DNA of 64,000 nt from Candidatus Gastranaerophilales bacterium. Lineage in GTDB: Bacteria > Cyanobacteriota > Vampirovibrionia > Gastranaerophilales > Gastranaerophilaceae. Where the stretch lies: NCBI GenBank assembly GCA_905234915.1, contig CAJOJP010000001.1:1271-65270 (forward strand), written 5' to 3'. Shown one piece after another: positions 10,929 through 20,556 of the stretch (position 1 is its first letter; each line of letters opens with the position of its first letter). The notes under the pieces were generated by a model. That model had not been told where the DNA came from. It saw only the letters and a list, made by a program, of their open reading frames with translations, and did no database searches. Both the position numbers and the translations under genes were made by a program.

Positions 10929-11171
10929 ATGGCTGATGAAGGCAAAAGACTTGCTACAATAGATAGAAATGCAACAGAACAATTACAAATCAGTTTAAAA
11001 ACATTTAAAAATAAAGAATATCTTGATTTAAGGATATTTTATACAACAGATGAAGGGACAACATGGCTTCCAAGCAAAAAAGGTGTAACTGTTTCTCCCG
11101 ACCATCTTGAAATACTAAAAGATGCAGTAGATGAAGCAATAAAGGAACTTTCAACTCCGGTTGAAGAATAG
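10929..11171 (+). CDS. PC4/YdbC-family (transcriptional coactivator p15-like) ssDNA-binding protein
   Basis: 80 aa with the pattern EQLQISLKTFKNKEYLDLRIFYTTDEGTTWLPSKKGVTVS, which matches the PC4-like fold signature (K..yLDiR.wy....g.w.PtkKGisl). Confidence 0.5.
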   Translation: MADEGKRLATIDRNATEQLQISLKTFKNKEYLDLRIFYTTDEGTTWLPSKKGVTVSPDHLEILKDAVDEAIKELSTPVEE

Positions 11172-11208
11172 TAGAATATGTAAAAATATGAAAGCAGGGA
11201 ATTAATAT

Positions 11209-12225
11209 ATGAAAAAACCGGTATTGGCTGTATTAGGTGCTACAGGGGTTGTTGGCAGAAATATACTTAAAATTTTAGAAGAAAATAATGTTGTATATGA
11301 AGATATTAAATTTTTGGCAAGCAAAAAAAGTGCCGGAAGTTTGATTGAGTTTAAAGGTAAAAAATATACCGTTATAGAAGCAGCACCTGATGTTTTTGAA
11401 GGAATAAATATTGTTTTAGCCTCGGCGGGCGGTTCAACGAGTCTTGCTCTTGCTAAAGAAGCAGTTAAAAGAGGGGCTGTTTATATTGATAATTCAAGTG
11501 CTTTCCGCATGGAAAAAGATGTACCGCTTGTTATTGCAGGTGTTAATGATGAAGATATTAAAACTCATCACGGTATAATTGCAAATCCAAATTGCTCAAC
11601 ATCTCAATTAATGTTGGCTTTAAAGCCTTTGCATGATTTTGCTCAAATAAAAAGAATGATTGTAAGTACTTATCAATCAGTTTCAGGTGCAGGACTTGCC
11701 GCTATTAACGAACTTAGGGAAAATACAATTGCAGTTAACGAAAACAGACCTTTTACAAATGTTAAGTTCAAAAAGCCGATTGCATATAATTGCATTCCTC
11801 AAATCGATGATTTTTGTGATAACGGCTATACAAAAGAAGAAATGAAAGTTACTAACGAAACGAGAAAAATTCTTCATTTGAAGCCTGATACACCGATTTC
11901 TTGTACAGCTGTCAGAGTTCCTGTATTTATAGGTCATTCGGAAGCCGTAACTGTTGAATTTGAAAAAGAATTATCACCGGAAAAGGCTCGTGAATTACTT
12001 GAAAAAGCTTGGGGCGTAAAGGTTATCGATGATATAAAAAATTATGATTATCCTACTGCTGTTATGGCAGCGGGTACAAATCCGGTTTATGTCGGACGAA
12101 TTAGAAAAGATATAGCTTTTGATAATGCAATTTCTTTCTGGTGTGTTGCTGATAACCTTAGAATAGGTGCTGCTTTAAATACGGTAAGAATTGCCGAAAA
12201 AGTTATTGAATTTCAGGTTTTTTAA
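11209..12225 (+). CDS. asd: aspartate-semialdehyde dehydrogenase
   Basis: N-terminal GATGVVG NAD(P) motif, active-site IANPNCSTSQ, and the GHSEAV block. Confidence 0.9.
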   Translation: MKKPVLAVLGATGVVGRNILKILEENNVVYEDIKFLASKKSAGSLIEFKGKKYTVIEAAPDVFEGINIVLASAGGSTSLALAKEAVKRGAVYIDNSSAFRMEKDVPLVIAGVNDEDIKTHHGIIANPNCSTSQLMLALKPLHDFAQIKRMIVSTYQSVSGAGLAAINELRENTIAVNENRPFTNVKFKKPIAYNCIPQIDDFCDNGYTKEEMKVTNETRKILHLKPDTPISCTAVRVPVFIGHSEAVTVEFEKELSPEKARELLEKAWGVKVIDDIKNYDYPTAVMAAGTNPVYVGRIRKDIAFDNAISFWCVADNLRIGAALNTVRIAEKVIEFQVF

Positions 12226-12245
12226 TTAAAAAGAGGTTTTTAAAT

Positions 12246-13133
12246 ATGCGTTATAATGCAGGCGAAGTGATTACGGCAATGGTAACACCCTTCAATGCTG
12301 ATTTATCTGTTGATTATAAGTCACTGGAAAAACTGGTAGAGCATCTTATAAAAACAGGTTCTGAAGCTATATTAGTTGCCGGAACAACAGGAGAAACTCC
12401 GACTCTTACTCATGAGGAAGAAGCCGAAATATTTAATTTCGTAAAAAAAATCGTAAATGGCAGAGTCAAATTGATTATTGGAGCCGGCTCCAATTGTACG
12501 GAAACTGCCGTACAATCTTCAATAAAAGCTCAAAAAGCAGGTGCAGATGCAATTTTAACCGTAGTTCCATATTATAATAAGCCATCTCAAAAGGGAATGT
12601 ATGAACACTTCAGTGCAATCGCAAAATCAACCGATTTACCGATAATTTTATATAATATTCCCGGGCGCACAGGGGTTAATATGCAGCCTGCAACAATTGC
12701 CAAATTAGCGCGTAATTTTAAAAATATAACTGCAGTAAAGCAAAGCAATGCGGATTTAGATTTAATAAGCGAAATAAAAATGCTTTCGCCTGAAGATTTT
12801 ATGATATATTGCGGTGATGATTCATTAACTCTTCCGATGCTAAGTCTTGGTGCCCAGGGAGTAATCAGCGTTGCTTCACACATTGCAGGCCGCAAAATAA
12901 AAGAAATGATTAAACTTTTTAAATCAGGTCAAATAAATGAAGCACTTGCATTACATTTAAAATTATATCCTATGTTTAAAAAGATATTTATGGCTCCAAA
13001 TCCTGTTCCGATAAAAGCTATTTTGGCAAATGTAGGAATTATAAATGAATTTGTCAGAAAACCTCTTGTAACTCTTGATGAGCAGGAAAAAAACGAATTG
13101 ATGTCTGTAATAAACGAATATAAATTAGTATAA
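12246..13133 (+). CDS. dapA: 4-hydroxy-tetrahydrodipicolinate synthase
   Basis: GTTGE motif, YNIPGRTG motif, Schiff-base lysine context AVKQS, and position adjacent to asd. Confidence 0.9.
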   Translation: MRYNAGEVITAMVTPFNADLSVDYKSLEKLVEHLIKTGSEAILVAGTTGETPTLTHEEEAEIFNFVKKIVNGRVKLIIGAGSNCTETAVQSSIKAQKAGADAILTVVPYYNKPSQKGMYEHFSAIAKSTDLPIILYNIPGRTGVNMQPATIAKLARNFKNITAVKQSNADLDLISEIKMLSPEDFMIYCGDDSLTLPMLSLGAQGVISVASHIAGRKIKEMIKLFKSGQINEALALHLKLYPMFKKIFMAPNPVPIKAILANVGIINEFVRKPLVTLDEQEKNELMSVINEYKLV

Positions 13134-15167
13134 TCATTTTTTATATAGAATTGTATATTTTTTACCTTGATAGTTATTATCAATAACAAATCCGTTTTTT
13201 TGAAAATATTCAAAAGGTATTTCACAATCAACTGTAGTTATTTGTCCGCTTTTTGTTTTAGTGTATATACATGAAGAAATATAATCAAATTTCTTTTGAC
13301 TTCTTTCTTTGTAATTTACTATATTCGTTGAGGAAACAGTATTTTTATTAGTAATTATATAATTATATTTACTTAAATTATAGGCTTCAACATTTTCTAA
13401 AAGCAATTTATCGATTTTATAACCAAAAAGCTTTAATTTTTCAATACAAAAGATTGGAGTTGTTGATTGATTTGCTATAAGTGCAATATTTACAATACCT
13501 TTATTTGCAAAATATCCGTATATATCATTTTCTTCATCTGTTGTAGATGTATTATTAACGATTTTTTGTTTTTTTATGCATTCAATAATGTAGGAAACAG
13601 GTTTTTGATGTGAAAAACCTACAAGATACATAAAAAGAATTAAACATAAAAATATCTTACAAAATTTATGTCTGTTTAGGGGATATGAATAAACAATAAC
13701 AGGCGAAGCAATAACTGCAAAAGTAAGCAGATAACGCATATTATAGCTTGTAAAAACCATTATTCGGGAAAATAATAAAATATTAAAGACAACAGATAAT
13801 GCAAAAAAAGCCATTATTATTGCTTCTTTAGATTTTTTTCTTATTCCTCTTTTAATTGAATATATTAATGAAGGCAGAAAAATTAATAAACCGTTTATTC
13901 CAAGCGCAGAGTGCATCATTCCCATTTTATTGCCAAATTCAAAATGACCGGCAAAATAACTTGAGGTTCCTGCATTAATTGAAGTTCCCAAAAAAGATAA
14001 AACAAGACTCTGCCAGTATTCTATTAATCCGTTAATTTGCATAAACTTTGGGATACCGGACATATCAAAAATCACAAATGTATATTTAACTACATTTGCT
14101 ATATAACCCTTTATTCCATCCGTAAACTGATTTATAGCTAATTGTTCCGGGTTTGAAAAAGGATTTGAAAATTGTATTAAATTTAAAATATAATTATATG
14201 AAGAAAATACAAAGAAATTCAGCAAAAATAATCCGCAAAAAGTAAGTATCCGTTTATAAAATATAGGTTTATCGTATAAATAACTTATAATACAAAGAAT
14301 AATAAATACAGAAGGAATTGCAATAACAGCATTAGTTTTAGTACCAACAGCCAGTGCATAAGCTAATGAAGAAAAATACAGCAATACCATATCATGATTT
14401 TTTGCCGACTTTAAAAATAAATAAATACAAGCAAGAATTAAAGCTCCGACAAATAAATCAGCGCATGGCTTTACCATTTCTATTAAAACAAGGGCAAAAG
14501 ATGAAAATACAATTACAGACCAAATTCGCCTTCTTATTGTAAATTTTAGTTCTTTTAATAGATTGTATATTACATATATAGCTCCGGTATAACCTATAAA
14601 AGAAAAAAAACCTGCTCCCATTTCGCTTTTAGTGAATAATAAAAGCAATGTATAAAGAAATTCCATATTTACGGGCATTATAATCTCTCTTGAATCAGGA
14701 GTTATAAAATGTAAAATACTTCCCTGCTGAATCCAAGCAGTACATCTGGGCAGATAATATGCAAGAGCATCACCAAAATTTACAGGAAATAAAAATATCC
14801 GCATTAGTTGAAATATGAAGAAAAAAACAAAACAAACACACGCAAAAATAAGTACCTTATCCTTTTCTAATACAAACAGAAATCTTTTTAAATCAAGATA
14901 AGGTTTATACAACTTACCGCTTTTAACTAAAAAAGTTATTAGCGAAATAATAAAAAAAACAATATTGGAAATAAAAAAATTGTTTTTAGAGATTGATTTA
15001 AATAAAGATAATATTTCAAACGTTAATACGATTTGAGCAAATGCAATTAATAGAAAACAAATAAAACCGGTTCTTCCTTTTTCCGATATATTGTCTTTTT
15101 CTTTGAAAAAAGCAGACAGCATAAGATATGAAGAAAATAACACTAATAAAATTGAAGAAATAAACAT
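13134..15167 (-). CDS. large polytopic membrane protein, GT-C-type glycosyltransferase-like (ArnT/PMT-like), tentative
   Basis: 677 aa with more than 12 predicted hydrophobic spans and then a soluble C-terminal domain. No specific motif was recognised. Confidence 0.4.
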   Translation of the reverse strand: MFISSILLVLFSSYLMLSAFFKEKDNISEKGRTGFICFLLIAFAQIVLTFEILSLFKSISKNNFFISNIVFFIISLITFLVKSGKLYKPYLDLKRFLFVLEKDKVLIFACVCFVFFFIFQLMRIFLFPVNFGDALAYYLPRCTAWIQQGSILHFITPDSREIIMPVNMEFLYTLLLLFTKSEMGAGFFSFIGYTGAIYVIYNLLKELKFTIRRRIWSVIVFSSFALVLIEMVKPCADLFVGALILACIYLFLKSAKNHDMVLLYFSSLAYALAVGTKTNAVIAIPSVFIILCIISYLYDKPIFYKRILTFCGLFLLNFFVFSSYNYILNLIQFSNPFSNPEQLAINQFTDGIKGYIANVVKYTFVIFDMSGIPKFMQINGLIEYWQSLVLSFLGTSINAGTSSYFAGHFEFGNKMGMMHSALGINGLLIFLPSLIYSIKRGIRKKSKEAIIMAFFALSVVFNILLFSRIMVFTSYNMRYLLTFAVIASPVIVYSYPLNRHKFCKIFLCLILFMYLVGFSHQKPVSYIIECIKKQKIVNNTSTTDEENDIYGYFANKGIVNIALIANQSTTPIFCIEKLKLFGYKIDKLLLENVEAYNLSKYNYIITNKNTVSSTNIVNYKERSQKKFDYISSCIYTKTKSGQITTVDCEIPFEYFQKNGFVIDNNYQGKKYTILYKK

Positions 15168-15171
15168 ATTT

Positions 15172-16209
15172 TTACCTTATTAACATACAATCTCCGTAAG
15201 AATAAAACCGATAGCTGTTTTTAATCGCTTCATCATAGGCTTTAAAAACATAATCTTTACCTGCAAAAGCACTAACAAGCATTAACAGAGTTGATTTTGG
15301 CAAATGAAAATTTGTTATAAGCTTATTTACGATTTTAAATTCATAACCGGGGTATATAAAAAGCTCGCTGGAATCATTTACGGGGATAATTTTTCCGTAT
15401 TTATTCATAACTGTTTCAAGAGTTCTTACAGTAGTTGTACCGACAGCAGTTATATTTTTGCCGTTTGCTATTGCCTCATTAATCATAGCAGCGGTTTGGG
15501 GAGTAATTTCAAAAGATTCGGAATCCATTTTGTGTTCGAGAATATTTTCGCATTTTACCGGTTTAAAAGTTCCCAAGCCAACATTTAAAGTAACAAAGCA
15601 ATAGTTCACACCTTTTATTTTAAGTCTTTTTAATATATCTTTTGTAAAATGGAGACCTGCTGTAGGAGCCGCAACAGCACCTTCTTTTTCGGCATAAACA
15701 GTTTGATATCTTTCAAAATCGAGATTTTTATATTCTTCATTTAACATTTTACGTTCTATATATGGGGGGAGAGGAATATTCCCGACTTTATCAAGAATTT
15801 CAAATATATTACCTTCATATATAAGTTTAACAAACCATTTATCATCATCTTTTTCAAGAATTTCAATATCGAGTTCTTGTGAAATATTTAGCAGCATGCC
15901 TGATTTTACACGTTTTGACGGTTTTACTAAAGAAATCCATATATCTTTTTTAACTTCTCTAACGAGAAAAATTTCTATTAAAGCACCGGTATCTTTCTTT
16001 GCATAGAGTCTTGATGGAATTACTTTTGTATTATTTAAAACAAGAAGATCATTTTCATCAAAATAATCAACAATATCAAAGAAATGTCGGTGTTCGATTG
16101 TTTTTGCAGACTTATCGAGCACCATCATTCGCGACATATCACGTTTTTGTGAAGGCACCTGTGCTATTAAATTTTCAGGTAATTCATAGCTAAAATCACT
16201 AAGTAACAT
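15172..16209 (-). CDS. queA: tRNA preQ1(34) S-adenosylmethionine ribosyltransferase-isomerase
   Basis: N-terminus LSDFSYELPENLIAQVPSQKRDMSRMMVL and GAVAAPTAGLHFT are classic QueA blocks. Confidence 0.9.
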   Translation of the reverse strand: MLLSDFSYELPENLIAQVPSQKRDMSRMMVLDKSAKTIEHRHFFDIVDYFDENDLLVLNNTKVIPSRLYAKKDTGALIEIFLVREVKKDIWISLVKPSKRVKSGMLLNISQELDIEILEKDDDKWFVKLIYEGNIFEILDKVGNIPLPPYIERKMLNEEYKNLDFERYQTVYAEKEGAVAAPTAGLHFTKDILKRLKIKGVNYCFVTLNVGLGTFKPVKCENILEHKMDSESFEITPQTAAMINEAIANGKNITAVGTTTVRTLETVMNKYGKIIPVNDSSELFIYPGYEFKIVNKLITNFHLPKSTLLMLVSAFAGKDYVFKAYDEAIKNSYRFYSYGDCMLIR

Positions 16210-16323
16210 TAAATATTATCCCAAATCCGACAATAACAATTATATGCGGTGAAAAAATCATGGCAACAAACTCTGCCGTTTCATAACATATTGGATAAAT
16301 TTTCAGATAAAATATTTAGGTAA

Positions 16324-16737
16324 TTATTTATTAACAGATAAAGGTGTTCCTTTTTCTCCAACATAGAAAACAATAAGTTCAACCGGCTCATTTCCTGTAT
16401 TTTTACCGTAATGATACTTTCCTATTAACTCCGGAAGGGTTTCTCCTTTATGTAGTGTTATTTCTTCATTTTTATCTGATACAACTGTTAATGTACCTTT
16501 CTTCACATAAGCAACATTGACTAAATCGTGTTTATGCATAGGTAATACTTCACCTGCATTAATAATAATTTTTAATACAGTAACTTCCGGTTTCTTTATT
16601 TTTAATTTTTTATATTCAGCCTTATCCCAAGTTGAAGTTGTTTTTAAAAGCACTTCTTTTTCTGCACAATACGCAGTATTTGTTATAAATAAAAGTGTTA
16701 TAAAAAAGACAATTTGTAATTTTATTAGTTTTTTCAT
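16324..16737 (-). CDS. secreted cupin-domain protein
   Basis: Signal peptide, plus cupin motifs GEVLPMHKH and a second His-containing strand. Confidence 0.65.
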   Translation of the reverse strand: MKKLIKLQIVFFITLLFITNTAYCAEKEVLLKTTSTWDKAEYKKLKIKKPEVTVLKIIINAGEVLPMHKHDLVNVAYVKKGTLTVVSDKNEEITLHKGETLPELIGKYHYGKNTGNEPVELIVFYVGEKGTPLSVNK

Positions 16738-16860
16738 ATTCCTGACTCCTCAAACTTAACATACTAACTGTAATATACTAAACTAAACACCATATATTGT
16801 CCATTACATCATCACAGTTATGAAAACTGTTTTAATAATTTTTACCAAACATATATTTTA

Positions 16861-16890
16861 TTGACAAAACAATTAAATATCAAATAGAAT
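16861..16890 (+). promoter_or_regulatory. candidate sigma70 promoter TTGACA-18-TAGAAT
   Basis: Consensus -35 at 16861-16866 and -10 at 16885-16890, just upstream of the ShlB-like gene. Confidence 0.5.
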
Positions 16891-16902
16891 TTCAAATGGA
16901 GT

Positions 16903-18972
16903 GTGAAAAAGAGTGTTAAATTTATGAATAAAAATTGTAGAAAACTGTTATTTGGAATATTTTGCTGTATTATAGTGCAAATTTCGGCACGTGCAGTTAA
17001 TGACATTAACCAAAATATAATTCCGCAGACAGGTTCAATTAATGCTCACGACCTTGAAAATTTGAAATATCTGGAAACAGAACAAAAAATTCAAGAGGAT
17101 TTTAAAACCTATAAAAAACGGGTTGAAAAAAAAGAAAAAACAGAAAAATTAAAAAAAAATAAAAAGGAAGTAAAAAAAGCAAGCCCTCAGGATTATGCAA
17201 CTAAAGGTGTGTATATTGAAAATATTATTGTTACTCCGTCAAAGATTTTAACAAAAGATGAAATAAACAGCATTATTGATGAATATACCCAAACAAATGT
17301 TACGTTTGAAAATTTAATGAAGATTGTTAATAAAATTAATGAATTGTATGCCGAAAAAGGTTTTGTAACGGCACGTGCATTTTTACCCGTTCAAGAAGTT
17401 GAAAATGAAACAATAAAAATAGTTCTTGTCGAGGGAAAAGTAGGAGAAATAAAAGTTTCCGATACAAAATGGACAAGACCAAGCTATATTGAAAAACGTA
17501 TAAATCTTGAAAAAGGTGAAGTTTTTAATATATCTGATTTAGAACAAAATCTTGTTACTTTTAACAGATACAACGATAATATTCAATTAAAAGGTTCTCT
17601 TGAAGCAGGACAGGAAGAAGAAACAACAGATATCACAGTTCAAGTTGATGAAAAACTCCCTTTTCACTTGAGCGTTTTGGCAGATAACCAAGGACGTGAA
17701 TCAATCGGTAAATATAGAGCGGGTTTAATGCTGCAAGATGACAGTTTATTCGGTTTTCGAGATAAATTAACACTGGGAGCTTATGCCAGCAAACATTCAA
17801 TTACACCCTTTGCCGATTACAATATCCCTGTAAACAGAAAAGACGGCAGAGTTGGTTTTTCATATTCTTACGGGTTATCTCAAGTTAAAGACGGTGCGTA
17901 CTCAATGTTTGATATTGAAAGTAAATCGCATAACTATTTACTCTACTACAATCAGCCTTTAATACGTAAACCCTGGATGGAATTATCAAGTAATTCATCA
18001 GTTGGCTTTAAATATGCCGAAACAAGTTTTGAAAAAGTAAAATTGTATGAAAATAAAATTCCGTATTTACAGACGGGCTTAAATTTCAGATATGATACAA
18101 AACGAGGTATTTGGTACTTGGGACAAAACGTATCTTATTCATTCCCATTCTTTAACAGCCAAATAAGATACTTAAAATTGGATGGCGGAATTTTAAGACT
18201 GCACGACTTTGGTCATGGATTTATAGGTCAAATCAGAGCTAATTATCAGGTAATACCCGGAAAAGACATTGTCCCCTATGCTGACCAAATGACAGCGGGC
18301 GGTATGAATACGGTAAGAGGTTATACCGAAGGCTTATTAATCGGTAAAAACGGCTATATGATTGGAACAGAACTTCAATTCCCAATTTTGGCACGTGCAA
18401 TAAAATCAAGAGATAAATCTCATTATATTCCGTTTTTGGGTAATTACTTAAAAGGTTTTGTATTTTGGGATTTCGCCGGAATATTTCCTTATAAAGGCAC
18501 CGGACTGGGGGCGCAAACAGCACATAGAGATGATTATTTAACCAGTTTAGGCTGCGGTTTAAAAATAATGTTGCCTAAAGATTTAAGTTTAAGAATTGCC
18601 TGGGGATTTCCTCTGTTTTATAACAGGCATGAAGACAGACACAAATGGGGCAGATTTCATTTTGATTTGAATATTACACCTGATTTTGATTATCTGTTAA
18701 GCAGAAGAAAACCAAAAGGCGAGCCTGTTGAAATGGTTAAAGAACAGAGTGAACAAATACAAGAACAAGAAAAAGTTCATTTTGCCGATTATGTTACACC
18801 TGTTGAAGAAACAAAAGAAGAAAATATTATCAATGTTTCCAATACACAGAATAAGCAATTATCAAATCAAGCTGGGCTTGATGAAGAAAGATACGGAACA
18901 GAAAATACTGTTGAATTAGATTTAGAACAAACAGATAATTCAATAAGAACGGATTTAATAAATTTATATTAA
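16903..18972 (+). CDS. ShlB/FhaC/HecB-family (TpsB, Omp85 superfamily) outer membrane transporter with a C-terminal extension
   Basis: Signal peptide and a ShlB-type POTRA region (IENIIVTPSKILTKDEINSIIDEY...IKIVLVEGKVGEIKV), followed by a barrel with MTAGGMNTVRGY (loop 6-like). The GTG start is from the ORF track; an ATG at 16924 is an alternative. Confidence 0.75.
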   Translation: MKKSVKFMNKNCRKLLFGIFCCIIVQISARAVNDINQNIIPQTGSINAHDLENLKYLETEQKIQEDFKTYKKRVEKKEKTEKLKKNKKEVKKASPQDYATKGVYIENIIVTPSKILTKDEINSIIDEYTQTNVTFENLMKIVNKINELYAEKGFVTARAFLPVQEVENETIKIVLVEGKVGEIKVSDTKWTRPSYIEKRINLEKGEVFNISDLEQNLVTFNRYNDNIQLKGSLEAGQEEETTDITVQVDEKLPFHLSVLADNQGRESIGKYRAGLMLQDDSLFGFRDKLTLGAYASKHSITPFADYNIPVNRKDGRVGFSYSYGLSQVKDGAYSMFDIESKSHNYLLYYNQPLIRKPWMELSSNSSVGFKYAETSFEKVKLYENKIPYLQTGLNFRYDTKRGIWYLGQNVSYSFPFFNSQIRYLKLDGGILRLHDFGHGFIGQIRANYQVIPGKDIVPYADQMTAGGMNTVRGYTEGLLIGKNGYMIGTELQFPILARAIKSRDKSHYIPFLGNYLKGFVFWDFAGIFPYKGTGLGAQTAHRDDYLTSLGCGLKIMLPKDLSLRIAWGFPLFYNRHEDRHKWGRFHFDLNITPDFDYLLSRRKPKGEPVEMVKEQSEQIQEQEKVHFADYVTPVEETKEENIINVSNTQNKQLSNQAGLDEERYGTENTVELDLEQTDNSIRTDLINLY

Positions 18973-18982
18973 AGGATTAAAA

Positions 18983-19450
18983 ATGAAAAAAATTATATTG
19001 TTTTTTACAGTATCATTTATGTACATAAATATAGCACAGGCTGAGCCTTTTATGGATAAAGCATTAGACTCCTGGGTGGGATATCCTTTAGAGTCAGTTA
19101 TAAAATATTGGGGATACCCTGACAGTCAGCAAACTATAGCAGGGAAAAACATATATATATGGGAAGAAAAAAGCGAGTATCAAAGTGATACAGTTGAAAG
19201 AAGCACCATTAAGACTGACAAAAAAGGCAGAACGTATGTTGATACCCATAAATCAGGGGGCAGCACTTATGAAATGTTATGCAGAAAAATTTTAGAAGTA
19301 AATTCCGATAACATAGTTTCAGGTTATTCATACAAAGGGAATATATGTCCGAATGCTTATTTCTTAAAAGCAAAAAAAATTGTTAATCCTGAAAATAATG
19401 AGTGGGAACAAAGAAAACTTGAAAAACAGGCAAAAAAAAGAAATTATTAG
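18983..19450 (+). CDS. secreted hypothetical protein
   Basis: Clear signal peptide (…INIAQA-EP). No recognisable domain beyond a W.GYP..SV....G.P pattern seen in small periplasmic proteins. Confidence 0.5.
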   Translation: MKKIILFFTVSFMYINIAQAEPFMDKALDSWVGYPLESVIKYWGYPDSQQTIAGKNIYIWEEKSEYQSDTVERSTIKTDKKGRTYVDTHKSGGSTYEMLCRKILEVNSDNIVSGYSYKGNICPNAYFLKAKKIVNPENNEWEQRKLEKQAKKRNY

Positions 19451-19458
19451 TAAAATAG

Positions 19459-19641
19459 CTTGCTGCTCCAATTGCGAAATCACCTTTTGAATCCGGTCAA
19501 AAAGGAATATTAATGCACAAAGGAAATAAAAAATTAGTAAAATTTGTAAATAATTTTCTTAAAGAAGAAAGCAAAAGTGGCAGACTTGATGAATTAAAAA
19601 ATACTAATAAATTAACTGAAGAACATGCGGAAAAATCATAA
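19459..19641 (+). pseudogene. remnant of the C-terminus of a family-3 periplasmic amino-acid-binding protein
   Basis: The stop-to-stop frame reads LAAPIAKSPFESGQKGILMHKGNKKLVKFVNNFLKEESKSGRLDELKNTNKL... It aligns by eye with the conserved SBP_bac_3 C-terminus (e.g. the GlnH pattern [36 protein letters not shown]). The N-terminal ~200 aa are absent. Confidence 0.4.
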
Positions 19642-19708
19642 AAATTTTTCACATTTTTTATTTTCAATTCCATTAGTTCGTTAATCCCCAAAATAAGCAT
19701 AGCAGATA

Positions 19709-19737
19709 TTGACAATTGAATATGCCCGATATAGACT
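19709..19737 (+). promoter_or_regulatory. candidate sigma70 promoter TTGACA-17-TAGACT for rplU-rpmA
   Basis: Consensus -35, 17-nt spacer and a 4/6 -10. It would give a leader of about 90 nt with small hairpins before rplU. Confidence 0.45.
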
Positions 19738-19832
19738 AATCATGATGATGTAATTTATTACATTTTGTATTAGATAGGCAAGTCGCTTTAAAATGCTTTT
19801 AGCTGCGATTGTCTCAAAGGAAAGGAAAATTT

Positions 19833-20183
19833 ATGTTCGCAATTATTGAAACAGGCGGAAAGCAATATCAGGTAACAGAAGGTCGTTATGTTGATATTGA
19901 ATTGTTAAAAGATGAACCGGAATCAAAAGTTGTTTTTGAAAACATTGTAATGCTTGTAAACGGTAAAAAATCAAGAGTCGGTCAGCCTTATGTCGAAAAT
20001 GCCAGTGTTGAAGGTACTATTGTTAAACACGACAGAGATAAAAAAATTCTCGTTTTTAAGCAAAGAGCTAAAAAAGGCTATAGAAGAAAAAATGGTCACA
20101 GACAAAGTTTTACTCGTGTTATGATTAATAAAATCAGAACGACGGCTAAAAAGTCAGAAACCGAAACTACAGCTGAAGATTAA
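19833..20183 (+). CDS. rplU: 50S ribosomal protein L21
   Basis: MFAIIETGGKQYQV... is the canonical L21 N-terminus, with an AGGAAAGGAAA RBS upstream of the ATG at 19833. The track ORF starts at an upstream TTG. Confidence 0.9.
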   Translation: MFAIIETGGKQYQVTEGRYVDIELLKDEPESKVVFENIVMLVNGKKSRVGQPYVENASVEGTIVKHDRDKKILVFKQRAKKGYRRKNGHRQSFTRVMINKIRTTAKKSETETTAED

Positions 20184-20210
20184 AATTAATTATAATAAGG
20201 AGATATTAAA

Positions 20211-20465
20211 ATGGCACATAAGAAAGGTGTCGGTTCCAGTAAAAACGGACGCGACAGTGAAAGTAAACGACTCGGTGTAAAAAAATTCGGCGGTGAAGCT
20301 GTAACTGCAGGTAATATTATTGTCCGCCAAAAAGGCACTAAAATTCATCCCGGTAACAATGTTGGTATGGGTAAAGATTATACTTTGTTTGCACTTGTTG
20401 ATGGTGTTGTTAAGTTTGAACCCCATAGACGCGAGCGTAAGCAGGTAAGTGTTTACGCAAAATAA
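20211..20465 (+). CDS. rpmA: 50S ribosomal protein L27
   Basis: [28 protein letters not shown]... is canonical L27, with no N-terminal propeptide. Confidence 0.95.
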   Translation: MAHKKGVGSSKNGRDSESKRLGVKKFGGEAVTAGNIIVRQKGTKIHPGNNVGMGKDYTLFALVDGVVKFEPHRRERKQVSVYAK

Positions 20466-20490
20466 TCGGTTTACACTAAAATAAATACAC

Positions 20491-20545
20491 AAAAACAGAC
20501 TGCTAATGATATAATATTTTAGTTTAGTCTGTTTTTGTTTTATTA
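20491..20545 (+). terminator. rho-independent terminator after rpmA
   Basis: AAAAACAGACT ... AGTCTGTTTTT stem followed by TGTTTTATT. Confidence 0.6.
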
Positions 20546-20556
20546 TATATTTTACT

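Noticed and set aside
18983-19450. The 155-aa secreted protein downstream of the ShlB-like gene, considered as its TpsA cargo
   Set aside because: It is far too small and lacks a TPS secretion domain (no NPNL/NPNGI-type motifs). It looks like an ordinary small periplasmic protein.
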